Assembly: GCA_027067855.1 (NCBI GenBank) | Contig: JAMOUX010000038.1 | Span: 15,208 to 79,207, forward strand | Length of the DNA stretch: 64,000 nt | Reading direction: 5' to 3' | From: Candidatus Fermentibacteraceae bacterium | GTDB lineage: Bacteria > Fermentibacterota > Fermentibacteria > Fermentibacterales > JCC-6 | Part shown: piece after piece, positions 47,813-56,644 of the stretch | Layout of the letters: the number at the start of each line of letters is the position of its first letter | Numbering within the stretch: position 1 is the first letter of the stretch | Program-made: the position numbers and the translations under genes | Notes under the pieces: model-generated | The model's database searches: none | The model's input: the letters and a program-made list of their open reading frames with translations, nothing else | What the model was told of the DNA's origin: nothing

Positions 47813-50146
47813 TCACCCCGCCTTTTTCTTCCGGGCGTACAGCACGTCTGCGAGTATCGCCGATGCGGCGGCCATCAGCCCCGCCAGGGATATGAAGAAT
47901 CCGACGGTCACGTCTCCCGAATCGAACAGGAAACTCACGGTGTGTTCTCCGGGAGAAAGGCGCACCGCCCTTTGCCAGTGATTGGCCCGGAGTATCTTAC
48001 CCGGATTTCCGTCGACGAGGACTTTCCAGCGTGGGTACCAGGTGTCCGCGAGCACCAGGATACCTTCGGATGGATTAACGGTTTCTATGACCACGTTGCA
48101 GGGTTCGTCGACGACTATTTCAGCTATGGCCGCACCGGTATCCAGGTTGGATGGAAGGTCCGGATTTTCGTACAGTACCGTGGTTTCCCGGGGGTCCAGG
48201 CCTGCGGCGAGGAGTTTCATGCATTCTTCTCCGGACAGCTTCGTCCACGAAGAGGCGAAGAAAGTTCTGGGAAGCGGGTGGAGTGGGAGAAGTTCGGCCA
48301 GAGTGTCCGCCATGGACGGGGACTCCGATGCCGCTTCCTCGAGTACCAGGGTGCGGAAGTCGTCGTAGGGCAGGTATCCCTGTCGTGTCTGCAGGACGGT
48401 GAAAGCCGTCTGTCCGTATGATGTTACCCCTCCCGCGGAAATCATGTTCTGCAGGTCCCGGGTCACTTCGGGTTTCGCCGCATGGTAACCTGAGACGGAC
48501 ATTATACCGGCGGCGGAGAACCTGTTGCCGCCGGGAAGCAATCTTCCGTCTCCCACCATGTCTTTCAGGTCGGAGGGGACTTCCAGTATCCTTTCCACAC
48601 TGGTTTCATGGAGGAAGAACTGGAAATTTCTGTTGACGGGTATCGTCTCCAAGGCGGCGAGTATCGCCACTGCGGTCCCTGCTAAGGTTAAAGATATCCT
48701 GCGCCGGGAGTGAAGATGGACTATGCCGGCCAGTACCAGGGCGGCGGCCGCTGCTTTTACGAAATCCGGGGCCGCCATGTCCACCCGCCGGTTCACCAGC
48801 GCCCGGAAACCCCCGGCGCCGGGATGACCCGCGAGGTTCCACCATCCGGACTGCAGGCCGGGAAGGAGCGTATCTGAAAAGAGGAAAAGGAGAAGGCAGA
48901 TGCCGGCAAAGCCCAGGATCACCCTTATGAAACGTTTCCGGGGAAAATCCTCGTCTCGGAAAAGCGCATCGAATCCCGGTCCGGCTGAAAGCGCCAGGGC
49001 GGACGTGGTCAGAAAAGCGGCCATGTGGGGAGCCCTGAGCTTTCTCATGATGGGTATCGCCTTGTACAGCAGGCCGAATATGGGGGTATAACCTCCCCAT
49101 GAGACCACCAGGCCCGTCAGGCACATGGCCGCCAAGGGAAGCCTGTATTTTTTCGGGGCACCCGTGAAAGCCGCCGCCGCGAGAATGAAGAAAATCACCC
49201 CTACGAATTCGCTGCTCAGCCTCAATCCCAGTCTTCCGAAGTAGGTGGGAAGACCGGAGACCGTACTGTCCGGAAACCCGTGCCTGTAGCCGAAGAGATG
49301 GGGGAAAAGCATGGTAAGGGACTCCTCGGGAGGCAGGGAGTAGCTCTGGGCCGTTTCCAGCGGAAGATCGTCTCCCCTGGTGGAATACCCGGAGAAATGA
49401 TAACCGGGGAGAAGTTGCACGGCACCCACCGCGATTCCCAATAACACCGCCGACAGGATGCCGATCACCGCCCTTGTCGCATTCCTTGAAATGGCGCCGC
49501 CGGTGGTGAACGCCCTGAAGCCCATCCATATTGTCGCCGCAGTAGTTGAGTAAATAAACATTTGGGGATGGCTGGCCAGTGCCTGCATTCCCAGGGCGAG
49601 ACCTCCGTAGGCCGGGTATCTGTAGCGACCCGTCTTCATCCACATTTCGGAGGAGTACAGGAGCAGAGGCAGGTAACTCCAGCATATGATCTTGCTGCCG
49701 TGCCCCGCATAGAAAAGGGTATTGCTCCACGCGGTGGTTGCAAAGGCGAGGCTTCCTACGATACTTCCCCACTTGCCCACCCCCATGGAACGCATGAACA
49801 ACCAGGCGAATATCCCGCCCAGGAACATGTGCATGGGAAATATGAATCTGACCACCGCGCCGGTTCCGGCGGCCAGGAGCAACAGTCCTCTGGGGAGATA
49901 GAATATCGGGGCGGAGAACGATGAGTAGAAGGGTATTCCACAGAAGATATAAGGGTTCCAGTGAGGCAGATCGCCGTTCCTTATGGATTCCTCGGTGAAT
50001 TTCAGGAAGGGATAACCCTGGGCGGTGGTATCGCTCAGTTCTCCTCCGGGAAGACGTGAGGAAGTGAATACGGTGGAATAGGTCCAGAATACCGCCGGGA
50101 CCAGGAAGAACAGGAGGGTGTACTTTTTAAGGATCCCCGGAATCAT
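47813..50146 (-). CDS. YfhO-family polytopic membrane glycosyltransferase-like protein
   Basis: NGDLPHWNPYIFCGIPF N-terminal motif, more than 10 TM segments, and YfhO-type C-terminus (YPRWKVLVDGNPGKILRANHWQRAVRLSPGEHTVSF, final TM). ATG 50146 has a GGAGGAGG SD. Confidence 0.65.
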   Translation of the reverse strand: MIPGILKKYTLLFFLVPAVFWTYSTVFTSSRLPGGELSDTTAQGYPFLKFTEESIRNGDLPHWNPYIFCGIPFYSSFSAPIFYLPRGLLLLAAGTGAVVRFIFPMHMFLGGIFAWLFMRSMGVGKWGSIVGSLAFATTAWSNTLFYAGHGSKIICWSYLPLLLYSSEMWMKTGRYRYPAYGGLALGMQALASHPQMFIYSTTAATIWMGFRAFTTGGAISRNATRAVIGILSAVLLGIAVGAVQLLPGYHFSGYSTRGDDLPLETAQSYSLPPEESLTMLFPHLFGYRHGFPDSTVSGLPTYFGRLGLRLSSEFVGVIFFILAAAAFTGAPKKYRLPLAAMCLTGLVVSWGGYTPIFGLLYKAIPIMRKLRAPHMAAFLTTSALALSAGPGFDALFRDEDFPRKRFIRVILGFAGICLLLFLFSDTLLPGLQSGWWNLAGHPGAGGFRALVNRRVDMAAPDFVKAAAAALVLAGIVHLHSRRRISLTLAGTAVAILAALETIPVNRNFQFFLHETSVERILEVPSDLKDMVGDGRLLPGGNRFSAAGIMSVSGYHAAKPEVTRDLQNMISAGGVTSYGQTAFTVLQTRQGYLPYDDFRTLVLEEAASESPSMADTLAELLPLHPLPRTFFASSWTKLSGEECMKLLAAGLDPRETTVLYENPDLPSNLDTGAAIAEIVVDEPCNVVIETVNPSEGILVLADTWYPRWKVLVDGNPGKILRANHWQRAVRLSPGEHTVSFLFDSGDVTVGFFISLAGLMAAASAILADVLYARKKKAG

Positions 50147-51083
50147 CGGCTCCTCCTCCCGTGTCCGGAACGCCGGTAGTCCCGGTGGTTCCCGTAAGAG
50201 CGAAAGATAATTCAACCAGTGATAATATCAAACGTTGCCCACCGGCGGCCACCAGCACCGGCCCGGTATAACCTGCCGGGGCGACCATCGCGGTGAGTAC
50301 GGCTTCTCTGACTCCTATTCCCCCCGGAACCAGGAAAATGACATAGCCGGCCAGCCATGATACGGGAGCCGCCGCGAGGCATGTGAAAAATCCGACGCCC
50401 GGGATTCCGAATCCCAGGAGCCAGAGATACAGTACGATTCCCCTGGTCCACCACAGGAGGGCGTACAGCAGCAGTAGACGCAGGGATGTGGCCCTGTCCG
50501 GAAGGGGGAGATCATCCGGGGATTTACCGTACTTGAAGGCATAGAGCTTTCTCTGGATGGGTCTGAGGAACGGTATTACGAGAATGGAAATACCCGCAGC
50601 CGCAACGGCCTTCATGGCGGGGCCGGTGAAAGAGGTTCCACCGGAGAGAAGAGCGGCTGGTACCGTGGCCAGTCCCGCCCCGGCAGCGGTGTAGAGCAAT
50701 TCGAGGAATGGAACCATAGTGGAACGGTATCCCGACAAACCTTTCCCCTTGAGGAAGGCCGCCCTTCCTGCGAAGAGCCAGACTTTACCGGGAAGGTACC
50801 TGCCCAGCTGGCTGGTGAACCATGCCCTTCTCAGGCCGGGAGCGGACGTGTCGCTCCCCGCCCTTTTTGCCAGGATCGTCCATCCAACCGGGGTGAAACG
50901 GTAAGATACGACGAGAATTACCGTGGAGAGCAGGAGATATTCCCATTTGATGTTCCAGTCGAAGGAATCCAGCTGCCGGAACCATGTTTCTCCGTGGTGC
51001 GCCACCACCCAGGCCGCCGGCAACGCCAGGAGGAGCAGCAGTACCGTCGCCGCTCTTCCGTGTTTCCTTCCACCGCCGCTCAA
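50127..51083 (-). CDS. flippase-like (lysylphosphatidylglycerol-synthase TM region / UPF0104) membrane protein
   Basis: Polytopic. Has FTSQLGRYLPGKVWLFAGRAAFL and VPGGIGVREAV patterns. TTG 51083 overlaps the epimerase stop (TTGA); the listed GTG 51146 is an alternative start. Confidence 0.55.
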   Translation of the reverse strand: MSGGGRKHGRAATVLLLLLALPAAWVVAHHGETWFRQLDSFDWNIKWEYLLLSTVILVVSYRFTPVGWTILAKRAGSDTSAPGLRRAWFTSQLGRYLPGKVWLFAGRAAFLKGKGLSGYRSTMVPFLELLYTAAGAGLATVPAALLSGGTSFTGPAMKAVAAAGISILVIPFLRPIQRKLYAFKYGKSPDDLPLPDRATSLRLLLLYALLWWTRGIVLYLWLLGFGIPGVGFFTCLAAAPVSWLAGYVIFLVPGGIGVREAVLTAMVAPAGYTGPVLVAAGGQRLILSLVELSFALTGTTGTTGVPDTGGGADDSGDP

Positions 51084-51979
51084 CGCAGGAGCCCCTTCTC
51101 CATGTACCACGCCACGGTTTCCTTCAACCCATTGCGGATGGACCACCGGGGTTCGAATCCGGCATTCCTCGCTTTTTCTATGGAAACGTAATGATCATTC
51201 CCCAAGAGTTTCAAGCGACTCTCGGAAAGTGCCCGGGGGCAAAGTGGACCCAGGTGGAGGAACAGCGCGAAAAACCACCCTGGAAAGGGAACGGGAAGCA
51301 CCTTCCGGTTGACGGTCCCGGCCGCCGCGGTGACCAGTTCCCGCACCGTAACCGTTTCGGGGCCGCCCACGTTATAGAGCCCCCCATTGAGGATTCCTCC
51401 GGGCAGGGATTCTTTCACCGCGGAACATACGTCATCCACGTAAGTGGGCCGGATAACTCCTCCGTTCCTTCCCACAAGCGGAAAAATTCCTGAAAAGGCC
51501 CGCCTGAAAAGAGGTAACTTATGCAAGTCTCCGGGACCGTAGACGAAGTCCGGCCGGAGTATCGTGGCCCCGCCGCCGGCGAGCCCCGGATGTTCGGCCA
51601 CCGCCCGTTCCCCTTCCGCTTTGGTTCGTTCGTAATCCCCCCATGGATCATATTCCATGTTCTCGTCGGCACGGGCGACGAGCCCGGTCACTCCCGGTGT
51701 GCTCATGTGCACGAGGTGGATTCCCCGGGAAGCGCAGAGATCGGCGAGCATGGATGGGAGAACGGCGTTGGCGTTGTACATCTCATCGTAATCAACGTTC
51801 GCCCCTCCCAATCGCCCGGCGGCGTTCACCACTACCTGGAAATCACCGGTAACGTCACCGGGATTCAGGTTTCCATCCCTGGACCTTACGTGCGAGGTGA
51901 CATCGTGGCCGGATGCATCAAGGCCGGCCGCCACTCTGGATCCTATGAATCCCCCGGCTCCGGTCACCAGTATTTTCAT
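51080..51979 (-). CDS. NAD-dependent epimerase/dehydratase (extended SDR)
   Basis: MKILVTGAGGFIGS and catalytic YERTK. ATGA overlap with the GT4 stop. The long listed N-terminal extension is rejected. Confidence 0.8.
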   Translation of the reverse strand: MKILVTGAGGFIGSRVAAGLDASGHDVTSHVRSRDGNLNPGDVTGDFQVVVNAAGRLGGANVDYDEMYNANAVLPSMLADLCASRGIHLVHMSTPGVTGLVARADENMEYDPWGDYERTKAEGERAVAEHPGLAGGGATILRPDFVYGPGDLHKLPLFRRAFSGIFPLVGRNGGVIRPTYVDDVCSAVKESLPGGILNGGLYNVGGPETVTVRELVTAAAGTVNRKVLPVPFPGWFFALFLHLGPLCPRALSESRLKLLGNDHYVSIEKARNAGFEPRWSIRNGLKETVAWYMEKGLLR

Positions 51980-53088
51980 TCCAGGGCTTTCATCAATGCT
52001 CGGAGGTATTCGTCCCATCCCAAGGACGACGCTTTTTTCGCCACCCTGGCCTTGGTGTCGGGGTCCGAGATGAGTTTCAGAGAATCCATTACGGCGTTTG
52101 CGAGACTTCCCGGTGAACCTGGCTTCGCCAGGAAACCCGTGGAACCTTCGTCCACGAGTTCGGGAAGACCTCCCACCCTGGTCAGTACCATGACTTTTCC
52201 AAAGGAAAGGGCCACCTGGGCGACACCGCTCTGGGACGCCTGCCTGTAGGGGAGCACCACGACGTCGGCCGCTTCGAAGAAGAGATGGACGTCGTCGTCG
52301 GGGATGAACCTGTCGATCCATCTCACCCTTGAAGCCAGTTCCGGCGAGGCTATCTCTTTAGCCGTTTCTTCCCTGCCGGAGTAGCTTTCTCCTACGATCA
52401 GCAGGTTCACTTCGTCCGGCAGGAGTTTCATCGCGGCAAGGAGATCCGGTATTCCCTTGTAGGACCGTACCAGCCCGAAGAACAGCAGAAGCACGGTATC
52501 CTCACCATACCCGAGGCGCATTCTGGCTTCCCGCCTTCCCATTCCCGGACGACCGTACTGGTTGTACACCGGGTGATAGAGCTTCAGAATCCGCGTATCC
52601 GGTCCCAGTCTTTCGAACGATTCCACCTCGGTTTCGCTGTGTACCACGGCGAGTTCCATTTTTCCGAAAAACCTGCCTGCGAGAAGGGAGGAAAAGGGAA
52701 AAGGTTCATGAGGAAGCACATTGTGACACACGGCTGCCGCGGGTATGTCCCCCGGCAGCGAGGCTATGAGCGAGGGCGCGAAGAAGGGATGCCACCATTG
52801 AACTATCAGCCTGTCCGGATTCATGTCCTCTATGGTGCGCCTGGCCTCCATCCAGGCCAGGGGGTTGCATGAATCGATCAAGCCGTGCGTTTCCTCGTGG
52901 TTGGTTTCCGCCTCCGGTTCCAACTGGGTGGTTCCGGGGAAAAGTAGAGAGGGGTACAGCCTGTTGAAGGATATTCTCAGGAGTTCGTGATGAGGGAAGA
53001 GCCTCCCAAGGGTTACGGACAGCATATGGCCGAACTGGGCTATTCCGCCCCTGTAGGGAGGGAACGGACCTACAAGGGCTATCTTCAT
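51976..53088 (-). CDS. glycosyltransferase family 4 (GT-B, Glycos_transf_1)
   Basis: MKIALVGPFPPYRGGIAQF N-terminus. C-terminal PYRQASQSGVAQVALSFGKVMVLTRVGGLPELV (EX7E-type region). Confidence 0.75.
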   Translation of the reverse strand: MKIALVGPFPPYRGGIAQFGHMLSVTLGRLFPHHELLRISFNRLYPSLLFPGTTQLEPEAETNHEETHGLIDSCNPLAWMEARRTIEDMNPDRLIVQWWHPFFAPSLIASLPGDIPAAAVCHNVLPHEPFPFSSLLAGRFFGKMELAVVHSETEVESFERLGPDTRILKLYHPVYNQYGRPGMGRREARMRLGYGEDTVLLLFFGLVRSYKGIPDLLAAMKLLPDEVNLLIVGESYSGREETAKEIASPELASRVRWIDRFIPDDDVHLFFEAADVVVLPYRQASQSGVAQVALSFGKVMVLTRVGGLPELVDEGSTGFLAKPGSPGSLANAVMDSLKLISDPDTKARVAKKASSLGWDEYLRALMKALE

Positions 53089-54035
53089 CTTTCCAGGGAT
53101 TCCGTCTTCTCCCGGATTCGGAAGGAAGGCCTCTTCGAGAGTTTCAGCATCATTTCGCCAAGGAGGCCCAGCGATATGAATTGCATGCCCACCACCATCA
53201 GGAGAATGCCCAGGAGCAGCAACGGCCTTCCTCCGATGGATTCACCGCCGAACCACAGGAAAGTCAGGTATGCCGATACGGCGAAACCCGCCAGGAAGAG
53301 TACGGTACCGATACCCCCGAAGAAATGAAGAGGCCGGTACGAGTACCTGTTGAGGAAAAGTACGGTGAGCAAGTCGGAGAAACCTCTGAAAAATCGGGCC
53401 GGTCCGTACTTGGTCCGACCGTATTTCCTGGGACGGTGATTCACAACCTTTTCGCCTATCCTGAAGCCGTTTTGTGCCGCGAGCACCGGGGTATAGCGAT
53501 GCATCTCGCCGTAGAGCTCGAGGCTTTTGGCGACGTTTCCGCGGTACACCTTCAGACCGCAGTTGAAGTCGTGCAGCCTGACCCCGGTGGTCAACCTCAC
53601 CGCCAGGTTGAACAGCTTGGAAGGAAGCCTTTTGCCTATTGGATCCTTCCTTTGTTTCTTCCATCCGCTAACCAGGTCCAGACCTTTCTCTTCCATCATT
53701 GCGATCATGAGAGGTATTTCCCCGGGGTCGTCCTGCAGGTCCGCATCCAGGGTGGCGACAAATTCTCCGGCGGCTTCCCGGAAGCCCGCCGCGAGTGCCG
53801 CGGCCTTTCCGCAATTTACGCTGAAGCGCAGTCCCTTCACACCGGATGTATCGGACAGGGAGCGGATGATGCTCCATGAATCGTCGGTACTTCCGTCATC
53901 CACGATTATCACCTCGAAGGGAACTCCGGTCAGGGCTTCTTTGATCTCGGAGACCAACTCCGGCAGGCTTTTGCTTTCGTTGAAAGCGGGTATCACCACG
54001 GAGACACGTATTCCGGTCTTTCCTTCACCAGACAT
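53085..54035 (-). CDS. polyprenyl-phosphate glycosyltransferase, GT2 (GtrB/CsbB/ArnC/DPM1-like) with two C-terminal TM helices
   Basis: VSVVIPAFNES, VDDGSTDDS, LDADLQDDP, then the KYGRTKYG region and two TM helices. Confidence 0.8.
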   Translation of the reverse strand: MSGEGKTGIRVSVVIPAFNESKSLPELVSEIKEALTGVPFEVIIVDDGSTDDSWSIIRSLSDTSGVKGLRFSVNCGKAAALAAGFREAAGEFVATLDADLQDDPGEIPLMIAMMEEKGLDLVSGWKKQRKDPIGKRLPSKLFNLAVRLTTGVRLHDFNCGLKVYRGNVAKSLELYGEMHRYTPVLAAQNGFRIGEKVVNHRPRKYGRTKYGPARFFRGFSDLLTVLFLNRYSYRPLHFFGGIGTVLFLAGFAVSAYLTFLWFGGESIGGRPLLLLGILLMVVGMQFISLGLLGEMMLKLSKRPSFRIREKTESLER

Positions 54036-54786
54036 CGGTACCAGTTTCCTCCGTTTCCCGGTACGTCAGAAGTTCCGGTATTCCCGTATCACCGGGAACC
54101 CTGCAATATGTAAACCTCGTGAGCCAGTCGCCCAGTGAAACATACAACCCGTCACCGGTATCGACTACGGCGTCGATGTGGGTATGACCGGTCACAATTA
54201 CCTGGTAACCTTCTTCAGTACGCCGTTCAGCCCATTCCAGCAGTTTCTCGGGCAGCTCGTCCAGTTGCCTGTGCAGCATTCTCTTGCTGGTATCCGAGAA
54301 CCTTCTTGCAAGCCGGATGCCAAGGTCGGGATGAAGTAACCGGAAGCAGAGGTTTGCGATGCGGGAACGGAGAATCGGTTTGATAAGTCTGTAACCCGTA
54401 TCCCCGGCACCGAGCCCGTCACCGTGGGCCAGGAGATAGGATCTTCCGCCGAAGTTCGTGGAAACCGTGGTATTCCCGTGGACCACGGCGCCCGTAGACT
54501 CGATGAAATATCTACCCACCCAGAAATCATGGTTTCCGGGAATGAAATGAACCTTCCAGCCGGTCCGGCTCAGGTGTTTTATGGAGCAAACGGTGGTTTC
54601 GTGGCCCGCCGGCACCACCGAGCCGTATTCGAACCAGAAATCGAAAAGGTCGCCGAGTATCCATAGCTCCCCGGGTTCTGTCATCGAGGACAACATTCCC
54701 AGGAAATTCAGGAACCTGGTTCTTCCCGGGTGTTCCTCGGGGTCGGGAAACAGGTGCACGTCACTTACGAGGAACCTGTCCATCAT
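54025..54786 (-). CDS. lpxH: UDP-2,3-diacylglucosamine diphosphatase-like metallophosphoesterase
   Basis: VSDVHL, ILGDLFDFWFEYG, GNHDFW, AHGDG and GHTH motifs. Confidence 0.7.
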   Translation of the reverse strand: MMDRFLVSDVHLFPDPEEHPGRTRFLNFLGMLSSMTEPGELWILGDLFDFWFEYGSVVPAGHETTVCSIKHLSRTGWKVHFIPGNHDFWVGRYFIESTGAVVHGNTTVSTNFGGRSYLLAHGDGLGAGDTGYRLIKPILRSRIANLCFRLLHPDLGIRLARRFSDTSKRMLHRQLDELPEKLLEWAERRTEEGYQVIVTGHTHIDAVVDTGDGLYVSLGDWLTRFTYCRVPGDTGIPELLTYRETEETGTDVW

Positions 54787-55277
54787 TCCTCCGGAGAATC
54801 GGTATCCAGCAGTCGTTTCGGAGCGCCGAAGCCGCTTTCATGCACCGGCTTTCCGCCGGGACGGAGAAGAACCGCATGCGGAAGGATGCCCGTGTCGACA
54901 AGCCGCATGGCCTCCGAGTCGGCCAGGTACACGGTAAGGGAGACGTCCATTCCGTTTACCACTAATTGGGCATGGTTCCTGGCATTTCTGTCCGGTTGCA
55001 CCGGTACGGGTATCACCGTGGAATCGAGCGAGGCCAGGAAAGCCAGGTCTTCCTTCATGTCCGGGTATCCGTCCAGGGGAAGCCAGTAATAGAGGAGCAC
55101 GGCGGTTCCCGGGGACAGGGCGAGGGTGTCTTCCGTGGGTGACAGTATGATGCCGGGAACCTCCACGGCGCTTGGAGCGGTCGGCTGGATCGCCGTGCTT
55201 TCCTGCTCGTTACCGTTTCGGCAGCCGGTTGCTGCGAAGACGGCGGCCAGCAGGATCAGGGTCGGTCTCGAAATCAT
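54783..55277 (-). CDS. thioredoxin-fold (TlpA/ResA-like) lipoprotein lacking the CxxC motif
   Basis: GGAGGA SD. Lipobox in MISRPTLILLAAVFAATGC. LLYYWLPLDGYPDMKE sits where WCxxC is expected; later ILPHAVLLRPGGKPV. Confidence 0.5.
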   Translation of the reverse strand: MISRPTLILLAAVFAATGCRNGNEQESTAIQPTAPSAVEVPGIILSPTEDTLALSPGTAVLLYYWLPLDGYPDMKEDLAFLASLDSTVIPVPVQPDRNARNHAQLVVNGMDVSLTVYLADSEAMRLVDTGILPHAVLLRPGGKPVHESGFGAPKRLLDTDSPEE

Positions 55278-55278
55278 G

Positions 55279-55752
55279 TCATTCCTCCATTCCGCCGTTT
55301 CCGGAGATCGCACGGAAAGTCCTTACCGGCCACGATGAAGTATTTCCGGCGGATATCAGGGCTGCAAATCCGCCGGGAATGGGGTGAACCAAGGCCCGGA
55401 TGTCGCCGGTGGTGAGACTCTCTCTTCCCGGAGGAGACATTCCGGGCGTGTTGACCAGTAGGAGTACGTCCCCGAAAACCGTGTCCCTGACGGTGAAGAA
55501 TTCAAGAGGGTAGATGCGATGCGTACCTGCGAGAAGAGGTTCTTCGGTCGGTACTGCAGGCAGCCCCGGCGTGTCGTCCGGATCTCCTTCCACTAAAGCG
55601 AGTGCGTAACCGTGTTCCAGCACCGTTTCAATACGGTACATCGTTGAGACGGATCCTCCGAAAAGAAACGGCATGGCGGCGAGAAGGAGCAGGGCGACGG
55701 ACAAGGCCGCCGAAAAGCCCCGGAACCGGTTTCTTCCCACTGTTTCAGGCAT
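55279..55752 (-). CDS. single-pass membrane protein (possible detached C-terminal part of the anti-sigma factor)
   Basis: The ATG overlaps the anti-sigma stop (ATGCCTGA). TM helix is FSAALSVALLLLAAMPFLF. No family recognised. Confidence 0.5.
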   Translation of the reverse strand: MPETVGRNRFRGFSAALSVALLLLAAMPFLFGGSVSTMYRIETVLEHGYALALVEGDPDDTPGLPAVPTEEPLLAGTHRIYPLEFFTVRDTVFGDVLLLVNTPGMSPPGRESLTTGDIRALVHPIPGGFAALISAGNTSSWPVRTFRAISGNGGMEE

Positions 55753-55966
55753 CCGCCAGCATTTCACGGACCACCCGATGCAGTTCGGGGGGCGCATCAT
55801 GGTTCATGGTGTTCTCCAGGGCCGTCCTTATTTTTTTTATCTGACGCAAGAATCTTCTGCAGGCTGCGCATCCGTCCAGATGTTCCATAAGAGATTCCCG
55901 GTGGTTCGCGGACAGCTCGCCGGATACGTAGTCGTGAAGATGGCGAAGGACTTCCTCGCAATTCAT
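55745..55966 (-). CDS. zf-HC2 (ZAS-type) anti-sigma factor, N-terminal domain only
   Basis: MNCEEVLRHLHDYVSGELS...HLDGCAACRRF (H-x3-C-x2-C), 5 nt downstream of the ECF sigma gene stop. Confidence 0.75.
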   Translation of the reverse strand: MNCEEVLRHLHDYVSGELSANHRESLMEHLDGCAACRRFLRQIKKIRTALENTMNHDAPPELHRVVREMLADA

Positions 55967-55971
55967 CCTAC

Positions 55972-56529
55972 CTAGTCCTCCTTCGATGCGGTGTTCTTCC
56001 ATTCCGCCAGCATGTTCCTCAGTATCATCCTTCCGCGGTGTATCCTGGACCTCACGGTACCTATGGGTACACCGAGTATCATTGATATGTCGGCATACGA
56101 GAACCCTTGGATGTCGCACAGTACCACGGCCTCCCTGAACTCGACGGGAAGAGTGTTGATGGCTCTCACAATGTCTTCCCGGAGCAGCCGGTCGAACAGT
56201 CTGGCGCTTGGATCCGTCTTCGTCTTTTCGAATCCGATCATGTCGGTACCGGCCATCTGGTCGATCCATTCCCCGACGTTTCCCTCGTTTTTCCTGTTTT
56301 TCCTGCGGAGTTTGTTCAGAAAGAGGTTCCGCATTATCGTGAAAAGCCATGCCCCGGCATTGGTACCAAGGGAGTACTGCATTTCGGATTTCAAAGCGTT
56401 GAGGTACGTGTCCTGAACCAGGTCGAATGCATCGTCTCTGTCGGATGTGAGGTGTATGGCGTAACTGTACAGCCTGTCCAGATGGCTGAGAACTTCCTTT
56501 TCGAATTTCTTTCTTCGTTCGTCCTTCAT
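55972..56529 (-). CDS. ECF-family RNA polymerase sigma factor
   Basis: Region 2 DAFDLVQDTYLNAL...WLFTIMRNLFLNKLR. Region 4 EFREAVVLCDIQGFSYADISMILGVPIGTVRSRIHRGR. ATG 56529 has a GGAG SD. Confidence 0.85.
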   Translation of the reverse strand: MKDERRKKFEKEVLSHLDRLYSYAIHLTSDRDDAFDLVQDTYLNALKSEMQYSLGTNAGAWLFTIMRNLFLNKLRRKNRKNEGNVGEWIDQMAGTDMIGFEKTKTDPSARLFDRLLREDIVRAINTLPVEFREAVVLCDIQGFSYADISMILGVPIGTVRSRIHRGRMILRNMLAEWKNTASKED

Positions 56530-56596
56530 GGAAACTCCAACCGGAATACATTCATCAGGTTGAATACTACAACCCTGTACCTGCGTATGCCAACTA

Positions 56597-56644
56597 CCAC
56601 AACTTGTAGTGGTTTCCACTTGTCAAGGGCACAAAATATTGATA
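56597..56644 (+). promoter_or_regulatory. two NrdR-box-like sites overlapping a promoter candidate upstream of nrdJ
   Basis: CCACAACTTGTAGTGG (56597-56612) and GCACAAAATATTGATA (56629-56644), centres 32 bp apart. They match the remembered consensus acaCwAtATaTwGtgt at 12/16 and 11/16 positions. TTGTCA-17-TAATCT (56620-56648) overlaps box 2. Confidence 0.4.
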
